DNA from: a virus | Lineage: Duplodnaviria; Caudoviricetes | IMG/VR virus record: IMGVR_UViG_3300009111_000005 | Span: 23,371 to 87,370 of that record | Length of the DNA stretch: 64,000 bases | Direction: 5' to 3' (one strand) | Shown: one piece after another, positions 44,706-54,195 of the stretch | How positions within the stretch are numbered: position 1 is the first letter of the stretch | How the letters are laid out: each line of letters begins with the position of its first letter | Notes under the pieces: model-generated | Told to the model about the DNA's origin: nothing | What the model saw: the letters and a program-made list of their open reading frames with translations, nothing else | Database searches by the model: none | Position numbers and translations under genes: made by a program

Positions 44706-45404
44706 TTAGCGCGGTGGAAGCTGATCACTGCTGCGGGTGGCGAGGTCGAGAAGATACTCATTCGGACTCATGCCACTTTCCCGGATGCGGAGGGCGATCT
44801 CCCGTAGCATGGGTGCCACTGGAACGACGGTCCAGCGGACGTTGTACTGCACTTGGAAGGACACGGGGGTGTTCCAGGATTCATCGTCGTCTTCGTAAGG
44901 CACGGTGCGTCCGAGCGTGGGCGTCAGCATATCGTGCAAGGCAAAGGTCGCCTGGATCACGTCCGAGGATGCGTACAGACTCCATTGGACGATGTCTCCG
45001 ATGATGGCGCTTTCCCCTTTACGAGCAGCTACACAGTCGATGGAGATAGGTACCGTAGACAAGCACCACTGTGCCTCTTTACGGTCGCTCCAGCGATGTG
45101 CAACGCGGTCACCCAGGATGCTTTTGCCGTAGACGCTCTCATCCTTGTCGACGTAGATCGCGGGCTTTTTGCCGCGTTCAGGTACGTTGTCCTCGAAGGC
45201 AGATACGATGAGGATGTTGGTCTTGTTGGCGTCGGCGTACCACGGGTAGTCTGGGGGACCATTGCCCGGTGCGAAGCGGGCCCGTAGAAACGCCACGAAG
45301 ATGCCGACGATGGCGAGAGGAGAACCATCGACGACAGCCGCATGCTGTCCGGGTGCTTTGACCGGCGGCGGCGTGAGAAGTTGATGGGTTCCCTGTTCAC
45401 TCAT
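44706..45404 (-). CDS. putative tail terminator/completion protein
   Basis: Position between neck and sheath genes; alpha/beta pattern. Confidence 0.5.
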   Translation of the reverse strand: MSEQGTHQLLTPPPVKAPGQHAAVVDGSPLAIVGIFVAFLRARFAPGNGPPDYPWYADANKTNILIVSAFEDNVPERGKKPAIYVDKDESVYGKSILGDRVAHRWSDRKEAQWCLSTVPISIDCVAARKGESAIIGDIVQWSLYASSDVIQATFALHDMLTPTLGRTVPYEDDDESWNTPVSFQVQYNVRWTVVPVAPMLREIALRIRESGMSPNEYLLDLATRSSDQLPPR

Positions 45405-46246
45405 AGCAGTGGTGGTGTTGCTCGAAGGTCAACAGGAATACGGTACTCCACTGACCCGTGTTCCATCAAGGATGCTGTGACTTGTTGGTGTACGGAGTGT
45501 CGACGCAGCTCTGTTTGCGTTTGACGACGTACGGTGTACCTGTTGTTCGTGCTCGTTTCGATGAGCAGGTCTTTGTCTTGGAGCAGAGGAACATCGAGTA
45601 GCGTGATGACATGCGGCGACGCCTCTTTCATGTTGCGAGGACTGCCGATGAACTCTGCTTCGACTTTCTTTGGCGTGTTGACACGTCCCCACACCACAAC
45701 CGGGCTCCAGTATCCACCGATGAAAGACGTGCCGTAACAGGTGAGACACTGTTCTTTCGTTGTAGCCTGCGTCACGGGGTCGTAACAGTCGGGACAGCGA
45801 TGTCCCCACCAGCGACGCTTGAGCAACACGAGGCGCACACCGTTGTGCCGTTTGAAGAGCACGGTCTCGTCGTACTGTAGTCGGCGTCGCAGGCCTGTCG
45901 GAATGGGGTCAAGCGCGGGTTCAAAGCCGTGTGGGTCACTGATGGCGCTGTTGGCGCATCCCGATGGTGGGATGACTGTGACGACATAGTAGATGTTGCG
46001 TGCAAGAGAGTGTGCGTGCGCTTTTCCGTCGTCAGGAAGATGCGGTTGATCGAGGAAGTCGTCGATGTAGTTGTAGTTGTTTTGTTCGCCTGCTACGAGC
46101 ACTTCCCAGGGACCGTTGATGGAACCACTGCGTTTGATCGAGAACGTATACGAACCACTCTCCGTGGGATCAATGAGATCCCATTGGAGAAAGATGCGCC
46201 GGGGATAGAGAGGCGTCACCTTTGTGATGCGGATGCCCAGTGCCAC
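45401..46246 (-). CDS. putative head-closure/neck protein
   Basis: FN3-like N-terminus, CPDC..CLTCYG knuckle, LQDKDLLIE segment. Confidence 0.5.
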   Translation of the reverse strand: MALGIRITKVTPLYPRRIFLQWDLIDPTESGSYTFSIKRSGSINGPWEVLVAGEQNNYNYIDDFLDQPHLPDDGKAHAHSLARNIYYVVTVIPPSGCANSAISDPHGFEPALDPIPTGLRRRLQYDETVLFKRHNGVRLVLLKRRWWGHRCPDCYDPVTQATTKEQCLTCYGTSFIGGYWSPVVVWGRVNTPKKVEAEFIGSPRNMKEASPHVITLLDVPLLQDKDLLIETSTNNRYTVRRQTQTELRRHSVHQQVTASLMEHGSVEYRIPVDLRATPPLL

Positions 46247-46251
46247 CGTGT

Positions 46252-46518
46252 CTAGATCCCTGTGAAGTTGTCGTACTCGGGCAACAACTTCTGCATGTGC
46301 CGTTTGTCGTGGTCGTCCCAGAGCGATCCGATGTTGGAATGCGTGGGCATGTACTTGCTGTACGGCGATTCTTCTTCTTCGTTGGTCGCGGGGCTCTCTA
46401 CTTCACGCATGCGCTGGTAGGTTTGGTCAGTGGGGGCGATGAGCGAAGAACCAAGCTTACGCAGTGCTTCGGCCCAGCCCAACTTGTAGAAGAAGCTAGT
46501 CGATGCGGCGGCCGACAT
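46252..46518 (-). CDS. leader-family small protein
   Basis: SFFYKLGWAEALRKLG leader. Confidence 0.65.
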   Translation of the reverse strand: MSAAASTSFFYKLGWAEALRKLGSSLIAPTDQTYQRMREVESPATNEEEESPYSKYMPTHSNIGSLWDDHDKRHMQKLLPEYDNFTGI

Positions 46519-46987
46519 AGCGGTACCCCGATCCGAAGGTTCCGTACGACCCTTCGATGTTGAACTGATTCTTCATGGCACGCGATAGTTCTTGCCATTC
46601 GGCTTGCAGCGTTTGGGCGAGCGCGAGGTACGCTTGATACTTTTCGTAGATGCCCGAAGGTGCGATGTCGCCGTCTTGAACCTGAACCTGGTTGCGCAGC
46701 TGATGGAAACTTTCGCTCATCATGAGGAAGCGCGCAGTCCCGATGAGCAATAGGTACTCGTTGGGAAAGTTCTCGGGAAGAAAGCTGCTTACGGGAGTCA
46801 TCGCGTTGAACGCGCTCACTGCCATGCGCACCGCGAAGGTAAGCTCGTCAGGCGTGAATTGCACGTCGTCGAGAATGATGTTGCCTTGGCCACCCGGAAG
46901 ATGCCCCAACGCATAGTCGCGTAGGAACATGCGGATCATGTCCGCAGTGACAACAAACGGCGTAGCTGGTGTGGCGACTACGGGCAT
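46496..46987 (-). CDS. putative head-tail adaptor
   Basis: Helical 163-aa protein in the neck position. Confidence 0.5.
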   Translation of the reverse strand: MPVVATPATPFVVTADMIRMFLRDYALGHLPGGQGNIILDDVQFTPDELTFAVRMAVSAFNAMTPVSSFLPENFPNEYLLLIGTARFLMMSESFHQLRNQVQVQDGDIAPSGIYEKYQAYLALAQTLQAEWQELSRAMKNQFNIEGSYGTFGSGYRYVGRRID

Positions 46988-47002
46988 TCTTTACTCCGTA
47001 AA

Positions 47003-47467
47003 TCACACGCTGACGGCTTGTTCTGCACGGGTGTAGATGCGCGCCCACATGGCGGCAGTCCCTGCCGCGACGACGAGTTTGATCTTTTCGCCCTTCTGGA
47101 AGCGCCAGCGCAGACTGTTGTCGCTGTAGGCGATGTACCGTGAGGTGCCTGTGGCGATGGGGATCGTACCCGAGGTGGTGACGATGGAGAGCGTGTAGGC
47201 GAGAGACGTGCCCAGATCCGCGAGAACCTGTTCGAGGACCATGGGTTGTTTGTGTGCCATGACGAAGAGACCACCGTGTGTCCCTTCGAATGTGCTCTCG
47301 TCAGGTTTCCCCAAACGCCAGATACCGAGGTCATCGTCGTAGAATGGGACGAAGTCCTCGACGGCATCGGCGGGAGCAATCCCATCATAGGTGCTGCCCG
47401 CAGCAACGCGTTGTTCGATGATGGTGCTCAGAACATCGGGGTCAATCTGCGTTTGTTTGATGAGCAT
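47003..47467 (-). CDS. virion structural protein
   Basis: GAGG RBS; in the structural operon. Confidence 0.65.
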   Translation of the reverse strand: MLIKQTQIDPDVLSTIIEQRVAAGSTYDGIAPADAVEDFVPFYDDDLGIWRLGKPDESTFEGTHGGLFVMAHKQPMVLEQVLADLGTSLAYTLSIVTTSGTIPIATGTSRYIAYSDNSLRWRFQKGEKIKLVVAAGTAAMWARIYTRAEQAVSV

Positions 47468-47476
47468 GGTTTTCCT

Positions 47477-48043
47477 CTACGGGATCACGACTTCGCGGGT
47501 GTCCGGTCCGAACGCACCGGGTTTGAAGAATTGCACGGTATAGGTGAAACCCGCTTCGACGGTGACAGGGTCTACCCAACCCCCATTAGCGTCTGTCGTA
47601 GTGACACCCACAGCTGCGGAGTAGTTTTCGAGATCGTAGTCCGTTTTCTTGTACACACGGACTTGCGCATCTGCGATAGGACGTCCATCAGGATCGTTGT
47701 ATCGCAAATTATTCTCGGTACCGTAGTCTTCATCGAGCGCGACGGTGTTCGGAAATGGCGGCGGTGTCGTCGATTCAGAGGGCTGGAATGGGTTGCTATA
47801 GCCACTCTTGTTGTCGGCCGTATCACCTGATCGCAGTCGATACCAGTTGTCGAGCGTGCCCGTGGTGTCGACGATGAAGAACCGATTGGAACTGGGATCG
47901 TAGTTGGGTCCGAGAAGGTCGTGGGCAATGGTGATGAGGTCAGCCCAGGTGCCAGGGACACCTGCGTTATCCGGTGCCCGCTGGATATCATAATCCTTGA
48001 TGTCCGGCTCGGTGTTGGGCAACCAGGTGATGGTGACACTCAT
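47477..48043 (-). CDS. virion protein with FN3-like and prealbumin-like beta domains
   Basis: ITWLPNTEPDIKDYDIQR; PIADAQVRVY..TTTDANGGW. Confidence 0.6.
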   Translation of the reverse strand: MSVTITWLPNTEPDIKDYDIQRAPDNAGVPGTWADLITIAHDLLGPNYDPSSNRFFIVDTTGTLDNWYRLRSGDTADNKSGYSNPFQPSESTTPPPFPNTVALDEDYGTENNLRYNDPDGRPIADAQVRVYKKTDYDLENYSAAVGVTTTDANGGWVDPVTVEAGFTYTVQFFKPGAFGPDTREVVIP

Positions 48044-48360
48044 GTCTTACGTCCCTGTGGGCAACGTGGCGTGGCCGGAGCTTCTGCGCCTGAAGTCTCA
48101 CCGGCTTCGGGAGCACGCGGCACACGTGGCGGATCAATTGTAGGGTCATAACCCCTTGGACCACAAGGCACAACCGGGGTTGCCGGCCCGCGTGCCATCG
48201 TTTGAATCGGTACTTTGGGAGGCGTGTGGGCAGGATCCGAGGCTTGTGGGTCGCATGGCGGTACAGGAATAGGTCCGATGATGCCCTCACCGCCGCTGGG
48301 AGCGGTGATGGTTTTGTAGATGGGATAGAGCATCCCATCGGTGATGAGGGCGATCGTCAC
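48040..48360 (-). CDS. Pro-rich hypothetical protein
   Basis: ATGA overlaps; PPCDP and PRVP repeats. Confidence 0.6.
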   Translation of the reverse strand: MTIALITDGMLYPIYKTITAPSGGEGIIGPIPVPPCDPQASDPAHTPPKVPIQTMARGPATPVVPCGPRGYDPTIDPPRVPRAPEAGETSGAEAPATPRCPQGRKT

Positions 48361-49073
48361 GGTTCTTTGACCGACCTCGCAGTGGCTGCACGCTCCGGGT
48401 GACCAGGTGTCGGTGTGGTCGTGAATGTATAGGTCGCAAACTCGCCTTGGCCACTTCCACCAGGTGTAGCTGCATTCGCGTCTGTCTTGGTGTAGAACAG
48501 ACGAATGCGTCCCGTGAGCATCAGACCCTGCGTGTTGTAGGTCATGTTGTCGATGTAGTAGTTCTCTTTTTGAAGTGCTGCGACGCGCTGAACCAATTCA
48601 CCGAACGAGCCCACTACGCGATGGTCCACTTGCATCGCGTTCCAAACTGCGTCTGCGATGACAGCGGGGAGTCCAACAGTCAGGTCGTAGATGTGTAGTT
48701 CGTAGCCCTGGGGAAGTCCCAACGCGTCGGTCCCCCCAATTTGAACTACATCAATGTCGTAGACGTCAGCGGTTCCTGGGTTGGTGATAGCTGCTGTGTT
48801 GAAACCTTTGGCGTGGATGGGTGGTGCATCTAGACGATAGATGCCGGGGCTGTACGCAGCAGAGACTTCACCAAGCGCTTGATGACGCGTGATGACCGTG
48901 GATGGCCACTTGAATGTGTTGTCACTCCAGTCGAAGTATTTGTCGTCCTGGTGTCGACGAATCTGAATAAAGATGTCTGTTTTACCCGGCAGCGGTTTGC
49001 TGTCCTCATCGAGGAGTTGAATCTCGATGGGTTCTTTGGCACCAGGAAGAATATACTTCGATCCACCTTGCAC
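48357..49073 (-). CDS. virion structural protein
   Basis: 238 aa; in the operon. Confidence 0.65.
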   Translation of the reverse strand: MQGGSKYILPGAKEPIEIQLLDEDSKPLPGKTDIFIQIRRHQDDKYFDWSDNTFKWPSTVITRHQALGEVSAAYSPGIYRLDAPPIHAKGFNTAAITNPGTADVYDIDVVQIGGTDALGLPQGYELHIYDLTVGLPAVIADAVWNAMQVDHRVVGSFGELVQRVAALQKENYYIDNMTYNTQGLMLTGRIRLFYTKTDANAATPGGSGQGEFATYTFTTTPTPGHPERAATARSVKEP

Positions 49074-49076
49074 AGG

Positions 49077-49442
49077 TCACTCTCCGCGTGCTTTTACGAC
49101 TGCCATCGCTGAGCCGACGACTGCGTAACCCTCCGCGGTGATTTTCTCACGACTGGTGTGCATTTGAACACCCGCATCGTCCATCCGTCGATGCAGGTTG
49201 GTCGTGATGATCTGTACCAGCGAAATCTTGGCCCGCATTCGCTTGGTGTGATTGGTTTTGGTCAACGCATCGACGATGTATTCCCGTGCTTCTTCAATCT
49301 CGGCAGGCAAGAGCACACGACGATCAATCATGCGTTGGAGGAGTGCTTCGCCTTTCAGCGTTTCGATGTTGTTCGCGTCCTCTAGCGTCAGCACGCCTGC
49401 GTCGATGAGAAGCTGTACCACGTCTGTCTCATCCTTGGTCAT
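49077..49442 (-). CDS. helical hypothetical protein (weak T2SSE_N/MshEN-like start)
   Basis: LLIDAGVLTLED. Confidence 0.6.
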   Translation of the reverse strand: MTKDETDVVQLLIDAGVLTLEDANNIETLKGEALLQRMIDRRVLLPAEIEEAREYIVDALTKTNHTKRMRAKISLVQIITTNLHRRMDDAGVQMHTSREKITAEGYAVVGSAMAVVKARGE

Positions 49443-49809
49443 TACCCTCTCCTGTTGGAATCCGAAAACGCGGATTCGTGGCTTCACGTCGCCCTTCTTC
49501 TTTGGCCCGTGCTTTGTGCTCCTCGTCTATGAAAGCCTGTACCTTTAGCATAGCTTCACTGACGTGTTGTTGGCACGTGGTCATTCGGTTACCCGTCTGA
49601 TCACCAATAAGCTTGATGGTTTCAGCGAGGTCTTCAAGGGCGGTGGTAAGCTTCGTTTTCGCTGCGGTATCTGTGACTTGATTTTGCAAGGTCTGGTCCA
49701 TCAGCTTCTCGGTAATCTTGAGCTGACGGAAGAAAAGGTAGAACCCCACACCGGCCAGCAGACCCAGTACACCATTTTTCAAAAGTAGGTCGACAATGGG
49801 ATCCATCAA
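49429..49809 (-). CDS. holin-like single-TM coiled-coil protein
   Basis: LLLKNGVLGLLAGVGFYLFFRQ TM, then a coiled coil. Confidence 0.55.
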   Translation of the reverse strand: MMDPIVDLLLKNGVLGLLAGVGFYLFFRQLKITEKLMDQTLQNQVTDTAAKTKLTTALEDLAETIKLIGDQTGNRMTTCQQHVSEAMLKVQAFIDEEHKARAKEEGRREATNPRFRIPTGEGNDQG

Positions 49810-50282
49810 GCTCTCCGAAATTTACGTCCAAGTTCGGCGAGCTGCTTCTGAACATTGACCAACAGCTCTTGCATCTCTTGGAGTTTGTGAAAGTAGTGCA
49901 CGCTGTGACGGATAGCGAGTTTCAGTGTGCGCTCGTTCAAGTCGAGATGCGTGTTCAGGTAACAAGCAGCTCCTGCATCATCGGCAGCCCAAGCGATGTC
50001 TTCGTCTGGAAGTGTGGATAGGATGATGACTGGGGTAGCACAGCCTCCTGCGTTGGCACGTTGAAGTAGTTCAATGCCGGTCATATTGACGCCGGGAAGA
50101 TGATAGTTCACGAGGACCACATCGTGTCGATTGCGTACCAGTGCACGAAGTGCTTCGGCGTAGTCTTCGGTGATGTCGATGTGGTAATGCTGGGTGGCGT
50201 CTGGACCCGTTGTGAGGGCCGCACGGATAGCGTCGATCTCGTCTTGCACGTCGCTGATGACGAGTACGTGGGTGGTTTCCAT
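49806..50282 (-). CDS. CheY-like pseudo-receiver domain protein
   Basis: Receiver pattern with phospho-Asp replaced by Asn (VVLVNYHLP) and the conserved Lys missing (CYLNT). Confidence 0.8.
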   Translation of the reverse strand: METTHVLVISDVQDEIDAIRAALTTGPDATQHYHIDITEDYAEALRALVRNRHDVVLVNYHLPGVNMTGIELLQRANAGGCATPVIILSTLPDEDIAWAADDAGAACYLNTHLDLNERTLKLAIRHSVHYFHKLQEMQELLVNVQKQLAELGRKFRRA

Positions 50283-50410
50283 CTAACCGTCCGTAACGCT
50301 AAGTGTTTTTTAGCTTCGACGGTTAAGAAACCGACAGAAGCGCTCCCTCTACTCTAGACGTACACGTGCCCAAACGCAACGAGTCAAGACTTTACCGCGT
50401 AATAATTGGG

Positions 50411-50806
50411 TCACTTCGTTTGCTGAAGTTGATCCCAGCGTGCAGGCTTGCGCGGAGGCGGTGCAGGTGGGAGCGGTTTGTTCACTTTGACCGCTTTCAG
50501 GATCTTGGTAACCGCGGGACCAGGCAAAGCACCGCGTACATCGCGTTCTTTGATGATCCAGTTCTGGATGGTAGAGATTTCTTCGGCTTGAGTGCGTGTG
50601 GATGCTGCGAGCAATTGGACATCGCGTGAAAGGCCCTCTACTTGCTTGGCGAGTTCCTGGTATCCAATCTTCACATTCGGATCACGCACTTCCTTGAACC
50701 AGTTCAAGATCCCCAGAACGAGCCCGGTCAGCGCAGTGATGAGAACCGCGGCGCCTTTGCATTTGGCGAAGAACGCATTGCCCTGTGCTTCAATCAGCTG
50801 CGCCAT
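50411..50806 (-). CDS. single-TM coiled-coil membrane protein (possibly lysis-related)
   Basis: AAVLITALTGLVLGILNWF TM. Confidence 0.6.
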   Translation of the reverse strand: MAQLIEAQGNAFFAKCKGAAVLITALTGLVLGILNWFKEVRDPNVKIGYQELAKQVEGLSRDVQLLAASTRTQAEEISTIQNWIIKERDVRGALPGPAVTKILKAVKVNKPLPPAPPPRKPARWDQLQQTK

Positions 50807-50814
50807 GTGTCACC

Positions 50815-51948
50815 TCAGTACGGAACCGCGATGAAGCGCAACGGCAGGTTGCTGGCGCTGGTCGGCATCCACTGCATCCAGATGCTGAGACTGGCGCCGG
50901 GGTTGTACTTCGCGCTGACAGCACCCTTGGTGTTATCGCCCGAGTACCCTGCATCAGGAGGGATCAAGAACTTGCCACCGGCCAGGATGCCGGGCATCGT
51001 GTAGGCCGCCCCGCCCCAGGTGCCCCCTCTGGGGTTCATCAGGAAGCCGATCTTCTTCCCGTCAGGAGCCTTGATGTTGAGGTGCATCTTGTAGAGTACC
51101 CCGTAGTTGCCGGCCAGCGTCTGCTGGGATCCGTCCGTCTTGTCCACGCCGACTGCGTTCGGATCATTGACCGTGTTGGCGGCGAGGGGGAGCTGCATGA
51201 TGCCCTGGGAAGAGTCGATCCAAGATCCCACGGCGGTATCGTAGACCTTGCTGTTGTTGGGGAAGGTCCCGCGCTGATGGGTGTCTCTTGGGAGGACCTG
51301 GAGCGTGGGGCAGATGGACACTGGATCATCTGTGGCATCGAGGGCGCAGACAGTGATCGAGTGGTTCTGCGTGAAGCTGTAGTCGTAGAGGCCTGTCATC
51401 AGATAGGTGGGACTCGCGAGCGTCTCGATGTCCGTCACGAGCTTCACCGTTTGTCCTGCCGCTACCTGAACAGCCGAACCAGCAGTCGAGGTGAGCCACC
51501 GGTAGAACGTGAGCTTTCCAGCGTAGAGGTAGCTGTTCGACGGGCCAGCGGTTCCCTTCTGCTGCACCTTCAGTTCGCCAGAAGAACTGCCGAGGTTCTT
51601 GAGCAGGATGGCGAACTTCATCTTGTTCTTCGGATACCCGTTGACGTGGTGGACGTGGACCCGGTTGTAGACCGTTCCGCTGGTGTAGCTGAGGGTGGTG
51701 TCCTCGTAGAGTTTGCCCTTGGCGGCCACCGTCTCGGGGCTGTCGCTGAAGATCAGAACTCCCCCATCCCAGGTATGGCTCATCCCGATCTCGGGGCATG
51801 TCAGCGGCAGGACACCGCTCAGAGGGATAAGCTGTGCCTGTGTGGCGGCATTCAGATCGGTCACGAGCTGTGCCGGTGTTGGGCAGGTCTGTGCCTGGGC
51901 AGACCAGGCCACGAACAGCAGGGCAATGGCGATCAACAGCGACTTCAT
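50815..51948 (-). CDS. secreted protein with a Sec signal peptide
   Basis: MKSLLIAIALLFVAWSAQA signal with AQA cleavage site; LIFSDSPE..LYED..HH.N beta-rich domain. Confidence 0.75.
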   Translation of the reverse strand: MKSLLIAIALLFVAWSAQAQTCPTPAQLVTDLNAATQAQLIPLSGVLPLTCPEIGMSHTWDGGVLIFSDSPETVAAKGKLYEDTTLSYTSGTVYNRVHVHHVNGYPKNKMKFAILLKNLGSSSGELKVQQKGTAGPSNSYLYAGKLTFYRWLTSTAGSAVQVAAGQTVKLVTDIETLASPTYLMTGLYDYSFTQNHSITVCALDATDDPVSICPTLQVLPRDTHQRGTFPNNSKVYDTAVGSWIDSSQGIMQLPLAANTVNDPNAVGVDKTDGSQQTLAGNYGVLYKMHLNIKAPDGKKIGFLMNPRGGTWGGAAYTMPGILAGGKFLIPPDAGYSGDNTKGAVSAKYNPGASLSIWMQWMPTSASNLPLRFIAVPY

Positions 51949-51957
51949 CGACTTCTC

Positions 51958-52149
51958 CTATGGCTTGTAGTCACGAAACGTCATCGTCGTGTCGCTGTCC
52001 CACGTTCCAACAGCAAACACGTCATGATTCTCGTCGGCGACCCACCACTCCAGGTCTTCTCCTGGATGTGTGGGCTGTACCTCATGTGCCTTGTCAGGAT
52101 ACTCGACCTGAGCTTTCACCAGCGTCTCTTCTGCGGTGTGTGCGGCCAT
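51958..52149 (-). CDS. small hypothetical protein
   Basis: GGAG RBS; 63 aa. Confidence 0.6.
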   Translation of the reverse strand: MAAHTAEETLVKAQVEYPDKAHEVQPTHPGEDLEWWVADENHDVFAVGTWDSDTTMTFRDYKP

Positions 52150-52854
52150 CTACTCCTCCCACAGGTCGATGTAGGCGCGGATCACCGTACTCGTGGTCTG
52201 ATTCGGCGTGACCGTCACTCGCACGTAGGTCTTCTCCCCAAGCGGAAGATCGGGCAGCACTCGATTGAACTCCATCGTGCGTGGTGGTGTGGGGTTGCTC
52301 AAGAACATCTTGTAGAGATCACGCACATCGTCCACAAGGTTCGCGCCGTACCACGTTCGCCCATTCAGCTTGAACGAGCACTCATCATCGATCACTGCGC
52401 CCCAGCCCTGGATCCACGCCCTCTTTCCAGCAGGCACGTAGTGGTGGCAGAGGAACGCCTCGGTGGTCCCGGAGCCGATGCCTGTGATTTCTGTCCCTCC
52501 ACCACCTGTCTGTGTCATGAGCTTGACCGCGCCCACAGCGTAGGTCCCCTGGATGACCTTCATGTCCTGCACGAAGCGCAGGTCCGTTGCGATCATGTCC
52601 ACGGCAGAGGTGCCGTTGAGCGTCACGTCCTCCGACTTCAGCTCGTAGTTGGAGTTGAGGAAGTCGACTCTGACCGCTGCTGCCCCAGATCCACCAGGCT
52701 TGTCCTGATTACTGGTGGAAACGAGGGAGCGCTGTGCTTGTGCGGCAGGCTCCACGTACCCACGGTTGCACACCAACACCTCAGCCGTGGCTGCGGCTGT
52801 GAGGTTGCCGAAAAGATGCAGCCGAAATGGAGCGTCTTGTTCTAGCTGGCTCAT
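52150..52854 (-). CDS. tail fibre/receptor-binding-like protein
   Basis: Paralogous to the C-terminus of 52858..54195 (AQRS..S, VTLNGTS, HHYV). Confidence 0.6.
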   Translation of the reverse strand: MSQLEQDAPFRLHLFGNLTAAATAEVLVCNRGYVEPAAQAQRSLVSTSNQDKPGGSGAAAVRVDFLNSNYELKSEDVTLNGTSAVDMIATDLRFVQDMKVIQGTYAVGAVKLMTQTGGGGTEITGIGSGTTEAFLCHHYVPAGKRAWIQGWGAVIDDECSFKLNGRTWYGANLVDDVRDLYKMFLSNPTPPRTMEFNRVLPDLPLGEKTYVRVTVTPNQTTSTVIRAYIDLWEE

Positions 52855-52857
52855 CGG

Positions 52858-54195
52858 CTATTCCTCGTAGAAGTCCATCGCAGCGAAGTACACACGGCTC
52901 GAAGTGGAATCCGGCGTCACGTAGATCCTAACGTGAGCAGGACCCACGATCTCAATCGGCGTACCGTAGCTGCGGGTTATCGTGCTTTGGGTCGTCCCGA
53001 TCCTGATAGTGTCTGATGCCTGTCTCTCGAACGCATTAGCATTCGATGGATCGTCGATCCTAACATCATAGCTGGCTGCGTCCGAGCCCTTCAGACCCAC
53101 GCTGATCCCAGTGAGGTACATCGTCCGTCCCGAGGCCACATAGTGGTGGGCAATGAAAGTCTGACCATCACCAACACCAATGGTGATAACAGTCGCGCCA
53201 GCCCCAGCCGCCCCCGCCTTCAAAGTCAGGATGCCCGCATTCGTCAGCCCAGAGCCAACAGTCAGGACCTCGATTTTCTCGATGAACGCGATGGTCGTGG
53301 AGACGGTGTTGACGTAGCTGGTTCCGTTGAGGGTCACAGTCTCGTAGAACGGACCTGTGATCGACCCACCACTCACAGAGTAGTAGGTGATCTTGACCGT
53401 GCGTGCCCCAGTACCCGCTCCAGTGTCATTGGCGCTGGAGCTGGCGATCGAACGCTGGGCGTTCGAGGTCTGCTCTGTGTAGACCGTCCACTCCACGGGA
53501 GCTTGCGCGGTTGCAGCTCGAGTGACCTTGCCGTTGCTGAATCCCTTGAGGGTAGACTTAGTGCCGGGAGGAGCTACGATCAATCGACCTTGTGTGTCCG
53601 TCAGGAGCGACTGGACGTTCGTCCCGTCTTGTCCAGCCACCAGAACTGGGTTGCCTACAGGTGTTGCTCCGTCAGCAGCGCGGCCTTCAACCTGCGTACT
53701 TCCACCGCCTCCACCGCCTGATACTAGCCATGGTGAGGTTCCTCCAGTCCCCTGGTCTACTTTACCGATGGTGTTGGTGCCCGCTGGAAGGGGGTCTACG
53801 ATCTTCTTGATGCCGTCAGTGGTCTTGATCAATGCCAACGTATCTTCGGTTGCTGGATTGATCTGCGTTCCTGCTGCGTTCAGTAGTTTGCTTACCCCCT
53901 GGATGCGGTAAACGCCGCTGTCAGCCAGGATAGAAATTGCGTTGCCGCTGGCGTCGTACAGAACGATGGGCCATGCCGCGCTGCCTGCTGCTTTTGTTCC
54001 TTGTGCGACTTTTCCGATCTCGTTGGTGCCTGTGGGAAGGGCATCAACGATTTTTTTGATGCCGTCGGTGTCCTTGATGGCACTGAGGGCAGTCAACACG
54101 GACTGGACCGAGGAGTCCTTGGCAGGATCGATCGCATTCCCGGCGCTGTCGTAGACCTTGAACCCATCGTTGTCGACTTCGATAACGAAGAACAT
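52858..54195 (-). CDS. tail fibre-like protein with an internal duplication
   Basis: DGIKKIVDxLPxGTNxIGKVxQG occurs twice. Confidence 0.6.
   Translation of the reverse strand: MFFVIEVDNDGFKVYDSAGNAIDPAKDSSVQSVLTALSAIKDTDGIKKIVDALPTGTNEIGKVAQGTKAAGSAAWPIVLYDASGNAISILADSGVYRIQGVSKLLNAAGTQINPATEDTLALIKTTDGIKKIVDPLPAGTNTIGKVDQGTGGTSPWLVSGGGGGGSTQVEGRAADGATPVGNPVLVAGQDGTNVQSLLTDTQGRLIVAPPGTKSTLKGFSNGKVTRAATAQAPVEWTVYTEQTSNAQRSIASSSANDTGAGTGARTVKITYYSVSGGSITGPFYETVTLNGTSYVNTVSTTIAFIEKIEVLTVGSGLTNAGILTLKAGAAGAGATVITIGVGDGQTFIAHHYVASGRTMYLTGISVGLKGSDAASYDVRIDDPSNANAFERQASDTIRIGTTQSTITRSYGTPIEIVGPAHVRIYVTPDSTSSRVYFAAMDFYEE

Noticed and set aside
41719-44709. 996-aa + strand ORF
   Set aside because: Antisense shadow of the strongly codon-biased tail sheath gene; its composition is not protein-like. 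The same applies to 50785..52845, 55265..56251, 58414..59760 and 59373..60749.
49077-49442. Functional c-di-GMP-binding MshEN domain
   Set aside because: The RLG residues required for binding are absent; only the hydrophobic pattern is similar.
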